From the human T2T-CHM13v2.0 reference genome, Homo sapiens: a stretch of 64,000 nucleotides of DNA. Position numbers and translations under genes: made by a program. The stretch's first letter is position 1; every line of letters begins with the position of its first letter. The notes beneath the pieces are model-generated. The model was not told the origin of the DNA, searched no databases, and saw only the letters and a program-made list of their open reading frames with translations. Below, piece by piece: positions 15,822 to 35,481 of the stretch. Location: the NCBI RefSeq assembly GCF_009914755.1, contig NC_060948.1, one strand, 5' to 3'.

Positions 15822-16128
<307 letters not shown>

Positions 16129-18232
16129 AGATCCATATTTTTTAAATGAAAAAAAATTTCAAAGGTACTCTGCTTGGTACAATAATCAAATGTATAAACT
16201 GAGGAATAAAACATAACCATGAAACCTACTTATAACTGCATATGGAAAATACAGAGGATAATTTTTTAAATACCATATTTTGAAAGCCTTAACTAGTAAT
16301 TTGAAGAGTTGGCATTTGAAAGGCCAGTATGAATATACCTTCAAAGCAGCAACACAAGTTCCCCATGAGAAAAAGCAAACTCAGGGAAAATAAAACCACA
16401 AAGGTTCAATCTCTTCTGACCTTTGAAAGACACAGCACAGACAGTGGTCCTTAGGACGAAGAGCAGGAGACCCCTAATTCCGTCACCATGGCGATAGGGC
16501 ATAAACATTGCTGGGTGAGGGCACAATCCACATTGTGAGGTCCAACTGCTGCCAGGAAGACAGGAGTGCTTTTACATAGACCGAAAGGTCATTGAAGGCT
16601 CAGAGTTTTGTTTCAAGAACTGAATCCCAAGCCCACACGTTATTAGGCTGCGCTTCTTAAAACAAGTTATGAGATGGGAAAAAGGGCACCCACAAACATA
16701 CGTATACATTATGTATATAATAATATACAGTATCATATGTATAATATATATAACCTATGTATAATATTGTTTTACATCCTGCATGTTATATTATATATAT
16801 TGTATAAAATATAATAATTGATAATATATAAGTTTTATATTTATACAATATGACATATAGTATATATTATAATTTATGACATATATAATATATGTTATAT
16901 ATCATATATAGAATATATTATACGGTTAATATACGTATTAAATATAAATTATACATTATATATATTATATATAATATATCTGTTATATATAATACCCATT
17001 ATGCATAATATATATATTATGTCTATGTTATATATAGTATAAAACAACACATAATAATATATAATTGTATATATAAAATGCGACATATAATATATATTAT
17101 ATTTTATGACATATGTAATATATATTATATATTATATATAATACTTTGTATGTATAATACCTATATTAAGTATATATTATATTACTATGTTATTAATTAC
17201 ATGTCACATATGTTATATATTATATATTTTACATAGAATATACCGGTTACATACAATATATACTATGTTACCTATAATGTATAATTTATTACATGTAAAA
17301 TAATGAATGCAATATATTATGTATAATTTAAAATATACAATATGTGGAATGTGATATATATAACATATAATATATGATAGAGTATATACAGTATATGATA
17401 TATAACATACAATATATGATATCTAATATATATGGTATACAATATATATTTTATGATATGTATTCTATATGTTTTATATTCTGTTATATATAACTATTTG
17501 AAATTATGTATAACTGTATAATATTTTATGTAAATATGTAATATAATATATATAACTATATAATATATTATATATAACTATATATTATGTTATATATACT
17601 TTTATAACATAATTTACTTAAAATATCATAATATAATATATACTATATTATTTCATATTACATAATATATATTACATATCACCCAATATAAGTAACATAC
17701 ATAAGATTATAATATAGATTATATTATGTTACATTAAATATCATATATATCATGTATCATATATTCTATAATATATATATACATTATATAATATGTATGT
17801 TGTCTATTATGTGATATATATAACTATAAATATAATTATATTATTATACATATAACTAGATAAACATGTAATTCTACATATTTTCATTTATAATATATAG
17901 AATTATATAATCATATATAATTATTTATATTCTATAAAAAATTATATCATTATATAAATTATAATATATAAAAATTATAATATGTACTACAAACAGATAT
18001 ATTATATATCATATATGATATAGTACCTTTGTTATATATCATATTACATATAAATGTGTATTATGTCATCTATAATTATATAATTTCATATATAAGTTGT
18101 ATAATATGTATTATATATTTTATATGTTATGTAATATATATTGTATATGTAAGATAACACAGGATAAATATTATATACTATGACATATAAAATATATGAG
18201 GTTATATGTTACATATAAGGCATAGCACATAA

Positions 18233-18547
<315 letters not shown>

Positions 18548-20649
18548 AGATCCATATTTTTTAAATGAAAAAAAATTTCAAAGGTACTCTGCTTGGTACA
18601 ATAATCAAATGTATAAACTGAGGAATAAAACATAACCATGAAACCTACTTATAACTGCATACGGAAAATACAGAGGATAATTTTTTAAATAACATATTTT
18701 GAAAGCCTTAACTAGTAATTTGAAGAGTTGGCATTTGAAAGGCCAGTATGAATATACCTTCAAAGCAGCAACACAGGTTCCCCATGAGAAAAAGCAAACT
18801 CAGGGAAAATAAAACCACAAAGGTTCAATCTCTTCTGACCTTTGAAAGACACAGCACAGACAGTGGTCCTTAGGACGAAGAGCAGGAGAACCCTAATTCC
18901 GTCACCATGGCGATAGGGCATAAGCATTGCTGGGTGAGGGCACAATCCACATTGTGAGGTCCAACTGCTGCCAGGAAGACAGGAGTGCTATTACATACAC
19001 CGAAAGGTCATTGAAGGCTCAGAGTTTTGTTTCAAGAACTGAATCCCAAGCCCACACGTTATTAGGCTGCGCTTCTTAAAACAAGTTATGAGATGGGAAA
19101 AAGGGCACCCACAAACATATGTATACATTATGTATATAATAATATACAGTATCATATATATAATATATATAACCTATGTATAATATTGTTTTACATCCTG
19201 CATCTTTTATTATATATATTGTATAAAATATAATAATTGATAATATATGTTTCATATTTATACAATATGACATATAGATATATTATAATTTATGACATAT
19301 ATAATATATGTTATATATCATATATAGAATATATTATACGGTTAATATACGTATTAAATATAAATTATATACTATATATATTATATATAATATATCTGTT
19401 ATATATAATACCCATTATGCATAATATATATATTATGTCTATGTTATATATAGTATAAAACAACACATAATAATATACAATTGTATATATAAAATGCGAC
19501 ATATAATATATATTATATTTTATGACATATGTAATATATATTATATATTATATATAATACGTTGTAGGTATAATTCCTATATTAAATATATATTATAGGA
19601 CTATGTTATTAATTACATGTCACATATGTTATATATTATATATTTTACATAGAATATACCGGTTACATACAATATATACTATGTTACCTATAATGTATAA
19701 TTTATTACATGTAAAATAAAGATTGCAATATACTATGTATAATTTATAGTATACAATATGTGGATTGTGATATATATAACATATAATATATGATATATGA
19801 TATACAGTATATGATATATAACATACAATATATGATACCTAATATATATGGTATACAATATATATTTTATGATATGTATTCTCTATGTTTTATATTCTGT
19901 TATATATAACTATTTGAAATTATATATAACTGTATAATATTTTATGTAAATATGTAATATAATATATATAACTATAAAATATATTATATATAACTATATA
20001 TTATGTTATATATAGTTTTATAACATAATTTACATAAAATATCATAATATAATATATATTATATTATTTCATATTACATAATATATATTACATATCACCC
20101 AATATAAGTAACATACATAATATTATAATATAGATTATATTATGTTATATTAAATATCATATATATCATGTATCATATATTCTATAATATATATTACACA
20201 TTATATAATATGTATGTTGTCTATTATGTGATATATAGAACTATATATATAATTATATTATTATACATATAACTACATAAACATGTAATTCTACATATTT
20301 TCATTTATAATATATAGAATTATATAATCATATATAATTATTTATATTCTATAAAAAATTATATCATTATATAAATTATAATATATAAAAATTATAATAT
20401 GTACTACAAACTGATATATTATATATCATATATGATACAGTACCTTTGTTATACATCATATAACATATAAATGTGTATTATGTCATCAATAATTATATAA
20501 TTACATACATAAGATGTATAATATGTATTATATATTATATATGTTATGTAATATATATAGTATATATAAGCTGACACAGCATAAATATTATATACTATGA
20601 CATATAAAATATATGAGGTTATATGTTACATATAAGGCATAGCACATAA

Positions 20650-20964
<315 letters not shown>

Positions 20965-23092
20965 AGATCCATATTTTTTAAATGAAAAAAAATTTCAAAG
21001 GTACTCTGCTTGGTACAATAATCAAATGTATAAACTGAGGAATAAAACATAACCATGAAACCTACTTATAACTGCATACGAAAAATGCAGAGGATAATTT
21101 TTTAAATAACATATTTTGAAAGCCTTAACTAGTAATTTGAAGAGTTGGCATTTGAAAGGCCAGGATGAATATACCTTCAAAGCAGCAACACAGGTTCCCC
21201 ATGAGAAAAAGCAAACTCAGGGAAAATAAAACCACAAAGGTTCAATCTCTTCTGACCTTTGAAAGACACAGCACAGACAGTGGTCCTTAGGACGAAGAGC
21301 AGGAGACCCCTAATTCCGTCACCATGGCGATAGGGCATAAACATTGCTGGGTGAGGGCACAATCCACATTGTGAGGTCCAACTGCTGCCAGGAAGACAGG
21401 AGTGCTTTTACATAGACCGAAAGGTCATTGAAGGCTCAGAGTTTTGTTTCAAGAACTGAATCCCAAACCCACACGTTATTAGGCTGCGCTTCTTAAAACA
21501 AGTTATGAGATGGGAAAAAGGGCACCCACAAACATACGTATACATTATGTATATAATAATATACAGTATCATATATATAATATATATAACCTATGTATAA
21601 TATTGTTTTACATCCTGCATCTTATATTATATATATTGTATAAAATATAATAATTGATAATATATAAGTTTTATATTTATACAATAAGACATATAGTATA
21701 TATTATAATTTATGACATATATAATATATGTTATATATCATATATAGAATATATTATACGGTTAATATACGTATTAAATATAAATTATACATTATATATA
21801 TTATATATAATATATCTGTTATATATAATACCCATTATGCATAATATATATATTATGTCTATGTTATATATAGTATAAAACAACATATAATAATATATAA
21901 TTGTATATAGAAAACGCGACATATAATATATATTATATTTTATGACATATGTAATATATATTATATATTATATAAAATACGTTGTATGTATAATACCTAT
22001 ATTAAATATATATTATATGACTATGTTATTAATTACATGTCACATATGTTATATATTATATATTTTACATAGAATATACCGGTTACATACAATATATACT
22101 ATGTTACCTATAATGTATAATTGATTACATGTAAAATAAAGAATGCAATATATTATGTATAATTTATAATATACAATATGTGGAATGTGATATATATAAC
22201 ATATAATATATGATATATGATATACAGTATATGATAATTAACATACAATATATGATACCTAATATATATGGTATACAATATATATTTTATGATATGTATT
22301 CTCTATGTTTTATATTCTGTTATATATAACTATTTGAAATTATATATAACTGTATAATATTTTATGTAAATATGTAATATAATATATATAACTATATAAT
22401 ATATTATATATAAGTATATATTATGTTATATATACTTTTATAACATAATTTGCATAAAATATCATAATATAATATATATTATATTATTTCACATTACATA
22501 ATATATATTACATATCACACAATATAAGTAACATACATAATATTATAATATAGATTATATTATGTTATATTAAATATCATATATATCATGTATCATATAT
22601 CCTATAATATATATTACACATTATATAATATGTATGTTGTCTATTATGTGATATATATAACTATATATATAATTATATTATTATACATATAACTAGATAA
22701 ACATGTAATTCTACATAATTTCATTTATAATATATAGAATTATATAATCATATATAATTATTTATATTCTATAAAAAATTATATCATTATATAAATTATA
22801 ATATAAAAAAATTATAATATGTACTACAAATATATATATTATATATCATATATGATATAGTACCTTAGTTATATATCATAATACATATAAATGTGTATTA
22901 TGTTATCTATAATTATATAATTTCATATATAAGTTGTATAATATGTATTATATATTGTCTATGTTATGTAATATATATAGTATATATAAGCTGACACAGG
23001 ATAAATATTATATACTATGACATATAAAATATATGAGGTTATATGTTACATATAAGGCATAGCACATAACATGTAATATATATCATATATAA

Positions 23093-23384
23093 TTTTTTTT
23101 TAGACAGAGTCTTGTCCTGTTGCACAGGGTGGAGTACAATGCCGCCAACTTTGCTCACTGCAACATCTGCCTCACGGGTCCAAGCGATTGTCCTCCCTCA
23201 GCCTCCCAGGTAGCTGGGACTACACCACACTGGGACTACAGCAGCTGCCACCATGCCTAGCTAATTTTTTGGATTTTTAGTAGTGACAGCGTTTCACTGT
23301 ATTGGCCAGGATGGTCTTGATCTCTTCACCTTGTGATCCCCTTGCCTTGGCCTCCAAATTTGCTGGGATTACAGGCCTGAGCCA
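23093..23384 (-). mobile_element. Alu copy, unit 10
   Basis: Same antisense Alu sequence. Confidence 0.93.
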
Positions 23385-25489
23385 AGATCCATATTTTTTA
23401 AATGAAAAAAAATTTCAAAGGTACTCTGCTTGGTACAATAATCAAATGTATAAACTGAGGAATAAAACATAACCATGAAACCTACTTATAACTGCATATG
23501 GAAAATACAGAGGATAATTTTTTAAATAACATATTTTGAAAGCCTTAAGTAGTAATTTGAAGAGTTGGCATTAGAAAGGCCAGTATGAATATACCTTCAA
23601 AGCAGCAACACAGGTTCCCCATGAGAAAAAGCAAACTCAGGGAAAATAAAACCACAAAGGTTCAATCTCTTCTGACCTTTGAAAGACACAGCACAGACAG
23701 TGGTCCTTAGGACGAAGAGCAGGAGACCCCTAATTCCGTCACCATGGCGATAGGGCATAAACATTGCTGGGTGAGGGCACAATCCACATTGTGAGGTCCA
23801 ACTGCTGCCAGGAAGACAGGAGTGCTTTTACATATACCGAAACGTCATTGAAGGCTCAGAGTTTTATTTCAAGAACTGAATCCCAAGCCCACACGTTATT
23901 AGGCTGCGCTTCTTAAAACAAGTTATGAGATGGGAAAAAGGGCACCCACAAACATACGTATACATTATGTATATAATAATATACAGTATCATATATATAA
24001 TATATATAACCTATGTATAATATTGTTTTACATCCTGCATCTTCTGTTATATATATTGTATAAAATATAATAATTGATAATATATAAGTTTTATATATAT
24101 ACAATATGACATATAGTATATATTATAATTTATGACATATATAATATATGTTATGTATCATATATAGAATATATTATACGGTTAATATACGTATTAAATA
24201 TAAATTATACATTATATATATTATATATAATATATCTGTTATATATAATACCCATTATGCATAATATATATATTATGTCTATGTTATATATAGTATAAAA
24301 CAACACATAATAATATACAATTGTATATATAAAATGCGACATATAATATATATTATATTTTATGACATATGTAATATATATTATATATTATATATAATAC
24401 GTTGTAGGTATAATTCCTATATTAAATATATATTATAGGACTATGTTATTAATTACATGTCACATATGTTATATATTATATATTTTACATAGAATATACC
24501 GGTTACATACAATATATACTATGTTACCTATAATGTATAATTTATTACATGTAAAATAAAGATTGCAATATACTATGTATAATTTATAGTATACAATATG
24601 TGGATTGTGATATATATAACATATAATATATGATATATGATATACAGTATATGATATATAACATACAATATATGATACCTAATATATATGGTATACAATA
24701 TATATTTTATGATATGTATTCTCTATGTTTTATATTCTGTTATATATAACTATTTGAAATTATATATAACTGTATAATATTTTATGTAAATATGTAATAT
24801 AATATATATAACTATATAATATATTACATATAACTATATATTATGTTATATATAGTTTTATAACATAATTTACATAAAATATCATAATATAATATATATT
24901 ATATTATTTCATATTACATAATATATATTACATATCACCCAATATAAGTAACATACATAATATTATAATATAGATTATATTATGTTATATTAAATATCAT
25001 ATATATCATGTATCATATATTCTATAATATATATTACACATTATATAATATGTATGTTGTCTATTATGTGATATATAGAACTATATATATAATTATATTA
25101 TTATACATATAACTACATAAACATGTAATTCTACATATTTTCATTTATAATATATAGAATTATATAATCATATATAATTATTTATATTCTATAAAAAATT
25201 ATATCATTATATAAATTATAATATATAAAAATTATAATATGTACTACAAACTGATATATTATATATCATATATGATACAGTACCTTTGTTATACATCATA
25301 TAACATATAAATGTGTATTATGTCATCAATAATTATATAATTACATACATAAGATGTATAATATGTATTATATATTATATATGTTATGTAATATATATAG
25401 TATATATAAGCTGACACAGCATAAATATTATATACTATGACATATAAAATATATGAGGTTATATGTTACATATAAGGCATAGCACATAA

Positions 25490-25804
<315 letters not shown>

Positions 25805-27932
25805 AGATCCATATTTTTTAAATGAAAAAAAATTTCAAAGGTACTCTGCTTGGTACAATAATCAAATGTATAAACTGAGGAATAAAACATAACCATGAAA
25901 CCTACTTATAACTGCATACGAAAAATGCAGAGGATAATTTTTTAAATAACATATTTTGAAAGCCTTAACTAGTAATTTGAAGAGTTGGCATTTGAAAGGC
26001 CAGGATGAATATACCTTCAAAGCAGCAACACAGGTTCCCCATGAGAAAAAGCAAACTCAGGGAAAATAAAACCACAAAGGTTCAATCTCTTCTGACCTTT
26101 GAAAGACACAGCACAGACAGTGGTCCTTAGGACGAAGAGCAGGAGACCCCTAATTCCGTCACCATGGCGATAGGGCATAAACATTGCTGGGTGAGGGCAC
26201 AATCCACATTGTGACGTCCAACTGCTGCCAGGAAGACAGGAGTGCTTTTACATAGACCGAAAGGACATTGAAGGCTCAGAATTTTGTTTCAAGAACTGAA
26301 TCCCAAGCCCACACGTTATTAGGCTGCGCTTCTTAAAACAAGTTATCAGATGGGAAAAAGGGCACCCACAAACATACGTATACATTATGTATATAATAAT
26401 ATACAGTATCATATATATAATATATATAACCTATGTATAATATTGTTTTACATCCTGCATCTTATCTTATATATATTGTATAAAATATAATAATTGATAA
26501 TATATAAGTTCTATATTTATACAATATGACATATAGTATATATTATAATTTATGTCATATATAATATATGATATATATCATATATAGAATATATTATACG
26601 GTTAATATACGTATTAAATATAAATTATACATTATATATATTATATATAATATATCTCTTATATATAATACCCATTATGCATAATATATATATTATGTCT
26701 ATGTTATATATAGTATAAAACAACACATAATAATATATAATTGTATGTATAAAATGCGACATATAATAGATAATATATTTTATGACATATGTAATATATA
26801 TTATATATTATATATAATACGTTGTATGTATAATACCTATATTAAATATATATTATATGACTATGTTATTAATTACATGTCACATATGTTATATATTATA
26901 TATTTTACATAGAATATACCGGTTACATACAATATATACTATGTTACCTATAATGTACAATTTATTACATGTAAAATAAAGAATGCAATATATTATGTAT
27001 AATTTATAATATACAATATGTGGAATGTGATATATATAACATATAATATATGATATATGATATACAGTATATGATATATAACATACAATATATGATACCT
27101 AATATATATGGTCTACAATATATATTTTATGATATGTATTCTATATGTTTTATATTCTGTTATATATAACTATTTGAAATTATATATAACTGTATAATAT
27201 TTTATGTAAATATGTAATATAATATATATAACTATATAATATATTATATATAACTATATATTATGTTATATATACTTTTATAACATAATTTACTTAAAAT
27301 ATCATAATATAATATATATTATATTATTTCATATTACATAATATATATTACATATCACCCAATATAAGTAACATACATAAGATTATAATATAGATTATAT
27401 TATGTTATATTAAATATCATATATATTATGTATCATATATTCTATAATATATATTATACATTATATAATATGTATGTTGTCTATTATGTGATATATATGA
27501 CTAAATATATAATTATATTATTATACATATAACTAGATAAACATGTAATTCTACATATTTTCATTTATAATATATAGAATTATATAATCATATATAATTA
27601 TTTATATTCTATAAAAAATTATATCATTATATAAATTATAATATATAAAAATTATAATATGTACTACAAATATATATATTATATATCATATATGATATAG
27701 TACCTTTGTTATATATCATATTACATATAAATGTGTATTATGTCATCTATAATTATATAATTTCATACATAAGATGTATAATATGTATTATATATTTTAT
27801 ATGTTATGTAATATATATTGTATATATAAGATGACACAGGATAAATATTATATACTATGACATATAAAATATATGAGGTTATATGTTACATATAAGGCAT
27901 AGCACATAACATGTAATATATATCATATATAA

Positions 27933-28224
<292 letters not shown>

Positions 28225-30351
28225 AGATCCATATTTTTTAAATGAAAAAAAATTTCAAAGGTACTCTGCTTGGTACAATAATCAAATGTATAAACTGAGG
28301 AATAAAACATAACCATGAAACCTACTTATAACTGCATATGGAAAATACAGAGGATAATTTTTTAAATACCATATTTTGAAAGCCTTAACTAGTAATTTGA
28401 AGAGTTGGCATTTGAAAGGCCAGTATGAATATACCTTCAAAGCAGCAACACAAGTTCCCCATGAGAAAAAGCAAACTCAGGGAAAATAAAACCACAAAGG
28501 TTCAATCTCTTCTGACCTTTGAAAGACACAGCACAGACAGTGGTCCTTAGGACGAAGAGCAGGAGACCCCTAATTCCGTCACCATGGCGATAGGGCATAA
28601 ACATTGCTGGGTGAGGGCACAATCCACATTGTGAGGTCCAACTGCTGCCAGGAAGACAGGAGTGCTTTTACATAGACCGAAAGGTCATTGAAGGCTCAGA
28701 GTTTTGTTTCAAGAACTGAATCCCAAGCCCACACGTTATTAGGCTGCGCTTCTTAAAACAAGTTATGAGATGGGAAAAAGGGCACCCACAAACATACGTA
28801 TACATTATGTATATAATAATATACAGTATCATATGTATAATATATATAACCTATGTATAATATTGTTTTACATCCTGCATCTTATATTATATATATTGTA
28901 TAAAATATAATAATTGATAATATATAAGTTTTATATTTATACAATATGACATATAGTATATATTATAATTTATGACATATATAATATATGTTATATATCA
29001 TATATAGAATATATTATACGGTTAATATACGTATTAAATATAAATTATACATTATATATATTATATATAATATATCTGTTATATATAATACCCATTATGC
29101 ATAATATATATATTATGTCTATGTTATATATAGTATAAAACAACACATAATAATATATAATTGTATATATAAAATGCGACATATAATATATATTATATTT
29201 TATGACATATGTAATATATATTATATATTATATATAATACTTTGTATGTATAATACCTATATTAAATATATATTATATTACTATGTTATTAATTACATGT
29301 CACATATGTTATATATTATATATTTTACATAGAATATACCGGTTACATACAATATATACTATGTTACCTATAATGTATAATTTATTACATGTAAAATAAT
29401 GAATGCAATATATTATGTATAATTTAAAATATACAATATGTGGAATGTGATATATATAACATATAATATATGATAGAGGATATACAGTATATGATATATA
29501 ACATACAATATATGATATCTAATATATATGGTATACAATATATATTTTATGATATGTATTCTATATGTTTTATATTCTGTTATATATAACTATTTGAAAT
29601 TATATATAACTGTATAATATTTTATGTAAATATGTAATATAATATATATAACTATATAATATATTATATATAACTATATATTATGTTATATATACTTTTA
29701 TAACATAATTTACTTAAAATATCATAATATAATATATACTATATTATTTCATATTACATAATATATATTACATATCACCCAATATAAGTAACATACATAA
29801 GATTATAATATAGATTATATTATGTTACATTAAATATCATATATATCATGTATCATATATTCTATAATATATATATACATTATATAATATGTATGTTGTC
29901 TATTATGTGATATATATAACTATAAATATAATTATATTATTATACATATAACTAGATAAACATGTAATTCTACATATTTTCATTTATAATATATAGAATT
30001 ATATAATCATATATAATTATTTATATTCTATAAAAAATTATATCATTATATAAATTATAATATATAAAAATTATAATATGTACTACAAACAGATATATTA
30101 TATATCATATATGATATAGTACCTTTGTTATATATCATATTACATATAAATGTGTATTATGTCATCTATAATTATATAATTTCATATATAAGTTGTATAA
30201 TATGTATTATATATTTTATATGTTATGTAATATATATTGTATATGTAAGATGACACAGGATAAATATTATATACTATGACATATAAAATATATGAGGTTA
30301 TATGTTACATATAAGGCATAGCACATAACATGTAATATATATCATCTATAA

Positions 30352-30643
<292 letters not shown>

Positions 30644-32745
30644 AGATCCATATTTTTTAAATGAAAAAAAATTTCAAAGGTACTCTGCTTGGTACAATAA
30701 TCAAATGTATAAACTGAGGAATAAAACATAACCATGAAACCTACTTATAACTGCATACGGAAAATACAGAGGATAATTTTTTAAATAACATATTTTGAAA
30801 GCCTTAACTAGTAATTTGAAGAGTTGGCATTTGAAAGGCCAGTATGAATATACCTTCAAAGCAGCAACACAGGTTCCCCATGAGAAAAAGCAAACTCAGG
30901 GAAAATAAAACCACAAAGGTTCAATCTCTTCTGACCTTTGAAAGACACAGCACAGACAGTGGTCCTTAGGACGAAGAGCAGGAGAACCCTAATTCCGTCA
31001 CCATGGCGATAGGGCATAAGCATTGCTGGGTGAGGGCACAATCCACATTGTGAGGTCCAACTGCTGCCAGGAAGACAGGAGTGCTATTACATACACCGAA
31101 AGGTCATTGAAGGCTCAGAGTTTTGTTTCAAGAACTGAATCCCAAGCCCACACGTTATTAGGCTGCGCTTCTTAAAACAAGTTATGAGATGGGAAAAAGG
31201 GCACCCACAAACATATGTATACATTATGTATATAATAATATACAGTATCATATATATAATATATATAACCTATGTATAATATTGTTTTACATCCTGCATC
31301 TTATATTATATATATTGTATAAAATATAATAATTGATAATATATGTTTCATATTTATACAATATGACATATAGATATATTATAATTTATGACATATATAA
31401 TATATGTTATATATCATATATAGAATATATTATACGGTTAATATACGTATTAAATATAAATTATATATTATATATATTATATATAATATATCTGTTATAT
31501 ATAATACCCATTATGCATAATATATATATTATGTCTATGTTATATATAGTATAAAACAACATATAATAATATATAATTGTATATATAAAATGCGACATAT
31601 AATATATATTATATTTTATGACATATGTAATATATATTATATATTATATATAATACGTTGTAGGTATAATACCTATATTAAATATATATTATATGACTAT
31701 GTTATTAATTACATGTCACATATGTTATATAGTATATATTTTGCATAGAATATACCGGTTACATACAATATACACTATGTTACCTATAATGAATAATTTA
31801 TTACATGTAAAATAAAGAATGCAATATATGATGTATAATTTATAATATACAATATGTGGAATGTGATATATATAACATATAATATATGATATATGATATA
31901 CAGTATATGATATATAACATACAATATATGATTCCTAATATATATGGTATACAATATATATTTTATGATATGTATTCTCTATGTTTTATATTCTGTTATA
32001 TATAACTATTTGAAATTATATATAACTGTATAATATTTTATGTAAATATGTAATATAATATATATAACTATATAATATATTATATATAACTATATATTAT
32101 GTTATATATACTTTTATAAAATAAATTACATAAAATATCATAATATAATATATAATATATTATTTCATATTACATAATATATATTACATATCACCCAATA
32201 TAAGAAACATACATAATATTATAATATAGATTATATTATGTTATATTAAATATCATATATATCATGTGTCATATATTCCATAATATATTTTATACATTAC
32301 ATAATATGTATGTTGTCTATTATGTGATATATATAACTATATATATAATTATATTATTATACATATAACTAGATAAACATGTAATTCTACATATTTTCAT
32401 TTTTAATATATAGAATTATATAATCATATATAATTATTTATATTCTATAAAAAATTATATCATTATATAAATTATAATATATAAAAATTATAATATATAC
32501 TACAAAAATATATATTATATATCATATATGATATAGTACCTTTGTTATATATCATAATACATATAAATGTGTATTATGTCATCTATAATTATATAATTTC
32601 ATATATAAGATGTATAATATGTATTATATATTATATATGATATGTAATATATATAGTATATATAAGATGACACAGGATAAATATTATATACTATGACATA
32701 TAAAATATATGAGGTTATATGTTACATATAAGGCATAGCACATAA

Positions 32746-33060
<315 letters not shown>

Positions 33061-35165
33061 CGATCCATATTTTTTAAATGAAAAAAAATTTCAAAGGTAC
33101 TCTGCTTGGTACAATAATCAAATGTATAAACTGAGGAATAAAACATAACCATGAAACCTACTTATAACTGCATATGGAAAATACAGAGGATAATTTTTTA
33201 AATAACATATTTTGAAAGCCTTAACTAGTAATTTGAAGAGTTGGCATTTGAAAGGCCAGTATGAATATACCTTCAAAGCAGCAACACAGGTTCCCCATGA
33301 GAAAAAGCAAACTCAGGGAAAATAAAACCACAAAGGTTCAATCTCTTCTGACCTTTGAAAGACACAGCACAGACAGTCGTCCTTAGGACGAAGAGCAGGA
33401 GACCCCTAATTCCGTCACCATGGCGATAGGGCATAAGCATTGCTGGGTGAGGGCACAATCCACATTGTGAGGTCCAACTGCTGCCAGGAAGACAGGAGTG
33501 CTTTTACATAGACCGAAAGGTCATTGAAGGCTCAGAGTTTTGTTTCAAGAACTGAATCCCAAGCCCTCACGTTATTAGGCTGCGCTTCTTAAAACAAGTT
33601 ATGAGATGGGAAAAAGGGCACCCACAAACATACGTATACATTATGTATATAATAATATACAGTATCATATATATAATATATATAACCTATGTATAATATT
33701 GTTTTACATCCTGCATCTTATATTATATATATTGTCTAAAATATAATAATTGATAATATATAAGTTTTATATTTATACAATATGACATATAGTATATATT
33801 ATAATTTATGACATATATAATATATGTTATATATTATATATAGAATATATTATACGGTTAATATACGTATTAAATATAAATTATACATTATATATATTAT
33901 ATATAATATATCTGTTATATATAATACCCATTATGCATAATATATATATTATGTCTATGTTATATATAGTGTAAAACAACATATAATAATATATAATTGT
34001 ATATATAAAATGCGACATGTAATATATATTATATTTTATGACATATGTAATATATATTATATATTATATATAATACGTTGTATGTATAATACCTATATTA
34101 AATATATATTATATGACTATGTTATTAATTACATGTCACATGTGTTATATAGTATATATTTTGAATAGAATATACCGGTTACATACAATATATACTATGT
34201 TACCTATAATGTATAATTTATTATATGTAAAATAAAGAATGCAATATATTATGTATAATTTATAATATACAATATGTGGAATGTGATATATATAACATAT
34301 AATATATGATATATGATATACAGTATATGATATATAACATACAATATATGATACCTAATATATATGGTGTACAATATATATTTTATGATATGTATTCTCT
34401 ATGTTTTATATTCTGTTATATATAACTATTTAAAATTATATATAAATGTATAATATTTTATGTAAATATGTAATATAATATATATAACTATATAATGTAT
34501 TATATATAACTATATATTATGTTATATATACTTTTATAAAATAAATTACATAAAATATCATAATATAATATATATTATATTATTTCATATTACTTAAGAT
34601 ATATTACATATCACCCAATATAAGTAACATACATAATATTATAATATAGATTATATTATGTTATATTAAATATCATATATATCATGTATCATATATTCCA
34701 TAATATATTTTATACATTATATAATATGTATGTTGTCAATTATGTGATATATATAACTTTATATATAATTATATTATTATACATATAACTAGATAAACAT
34801 GTAATTCTACATATTTTCATTTATAATATATAGAATTATATAATCATATATAATTATTTATATTCTATAAAAAATTATATCATTATATAAATTATAATAT
34901 ATAAAAATTATAATATATACTACAAATATATGTATTATATATCATATATGATATAGTACCTTTGTTATATATCATAATACATATAAATGTGTATTATGTT
35001 ATCTATAATTATATAATTTCATATATAAGATGTATAATATGTATTATATATTATATATGATATGTAATATATATAGTATGTATAAGATGACACAGGATAA
35101 ATATTATATACTATGACATATAAAATATATGAGGTTATATGTTACATATAAGGCATAGCACATAA

Positions 35166-35481
<316 letters not shown>
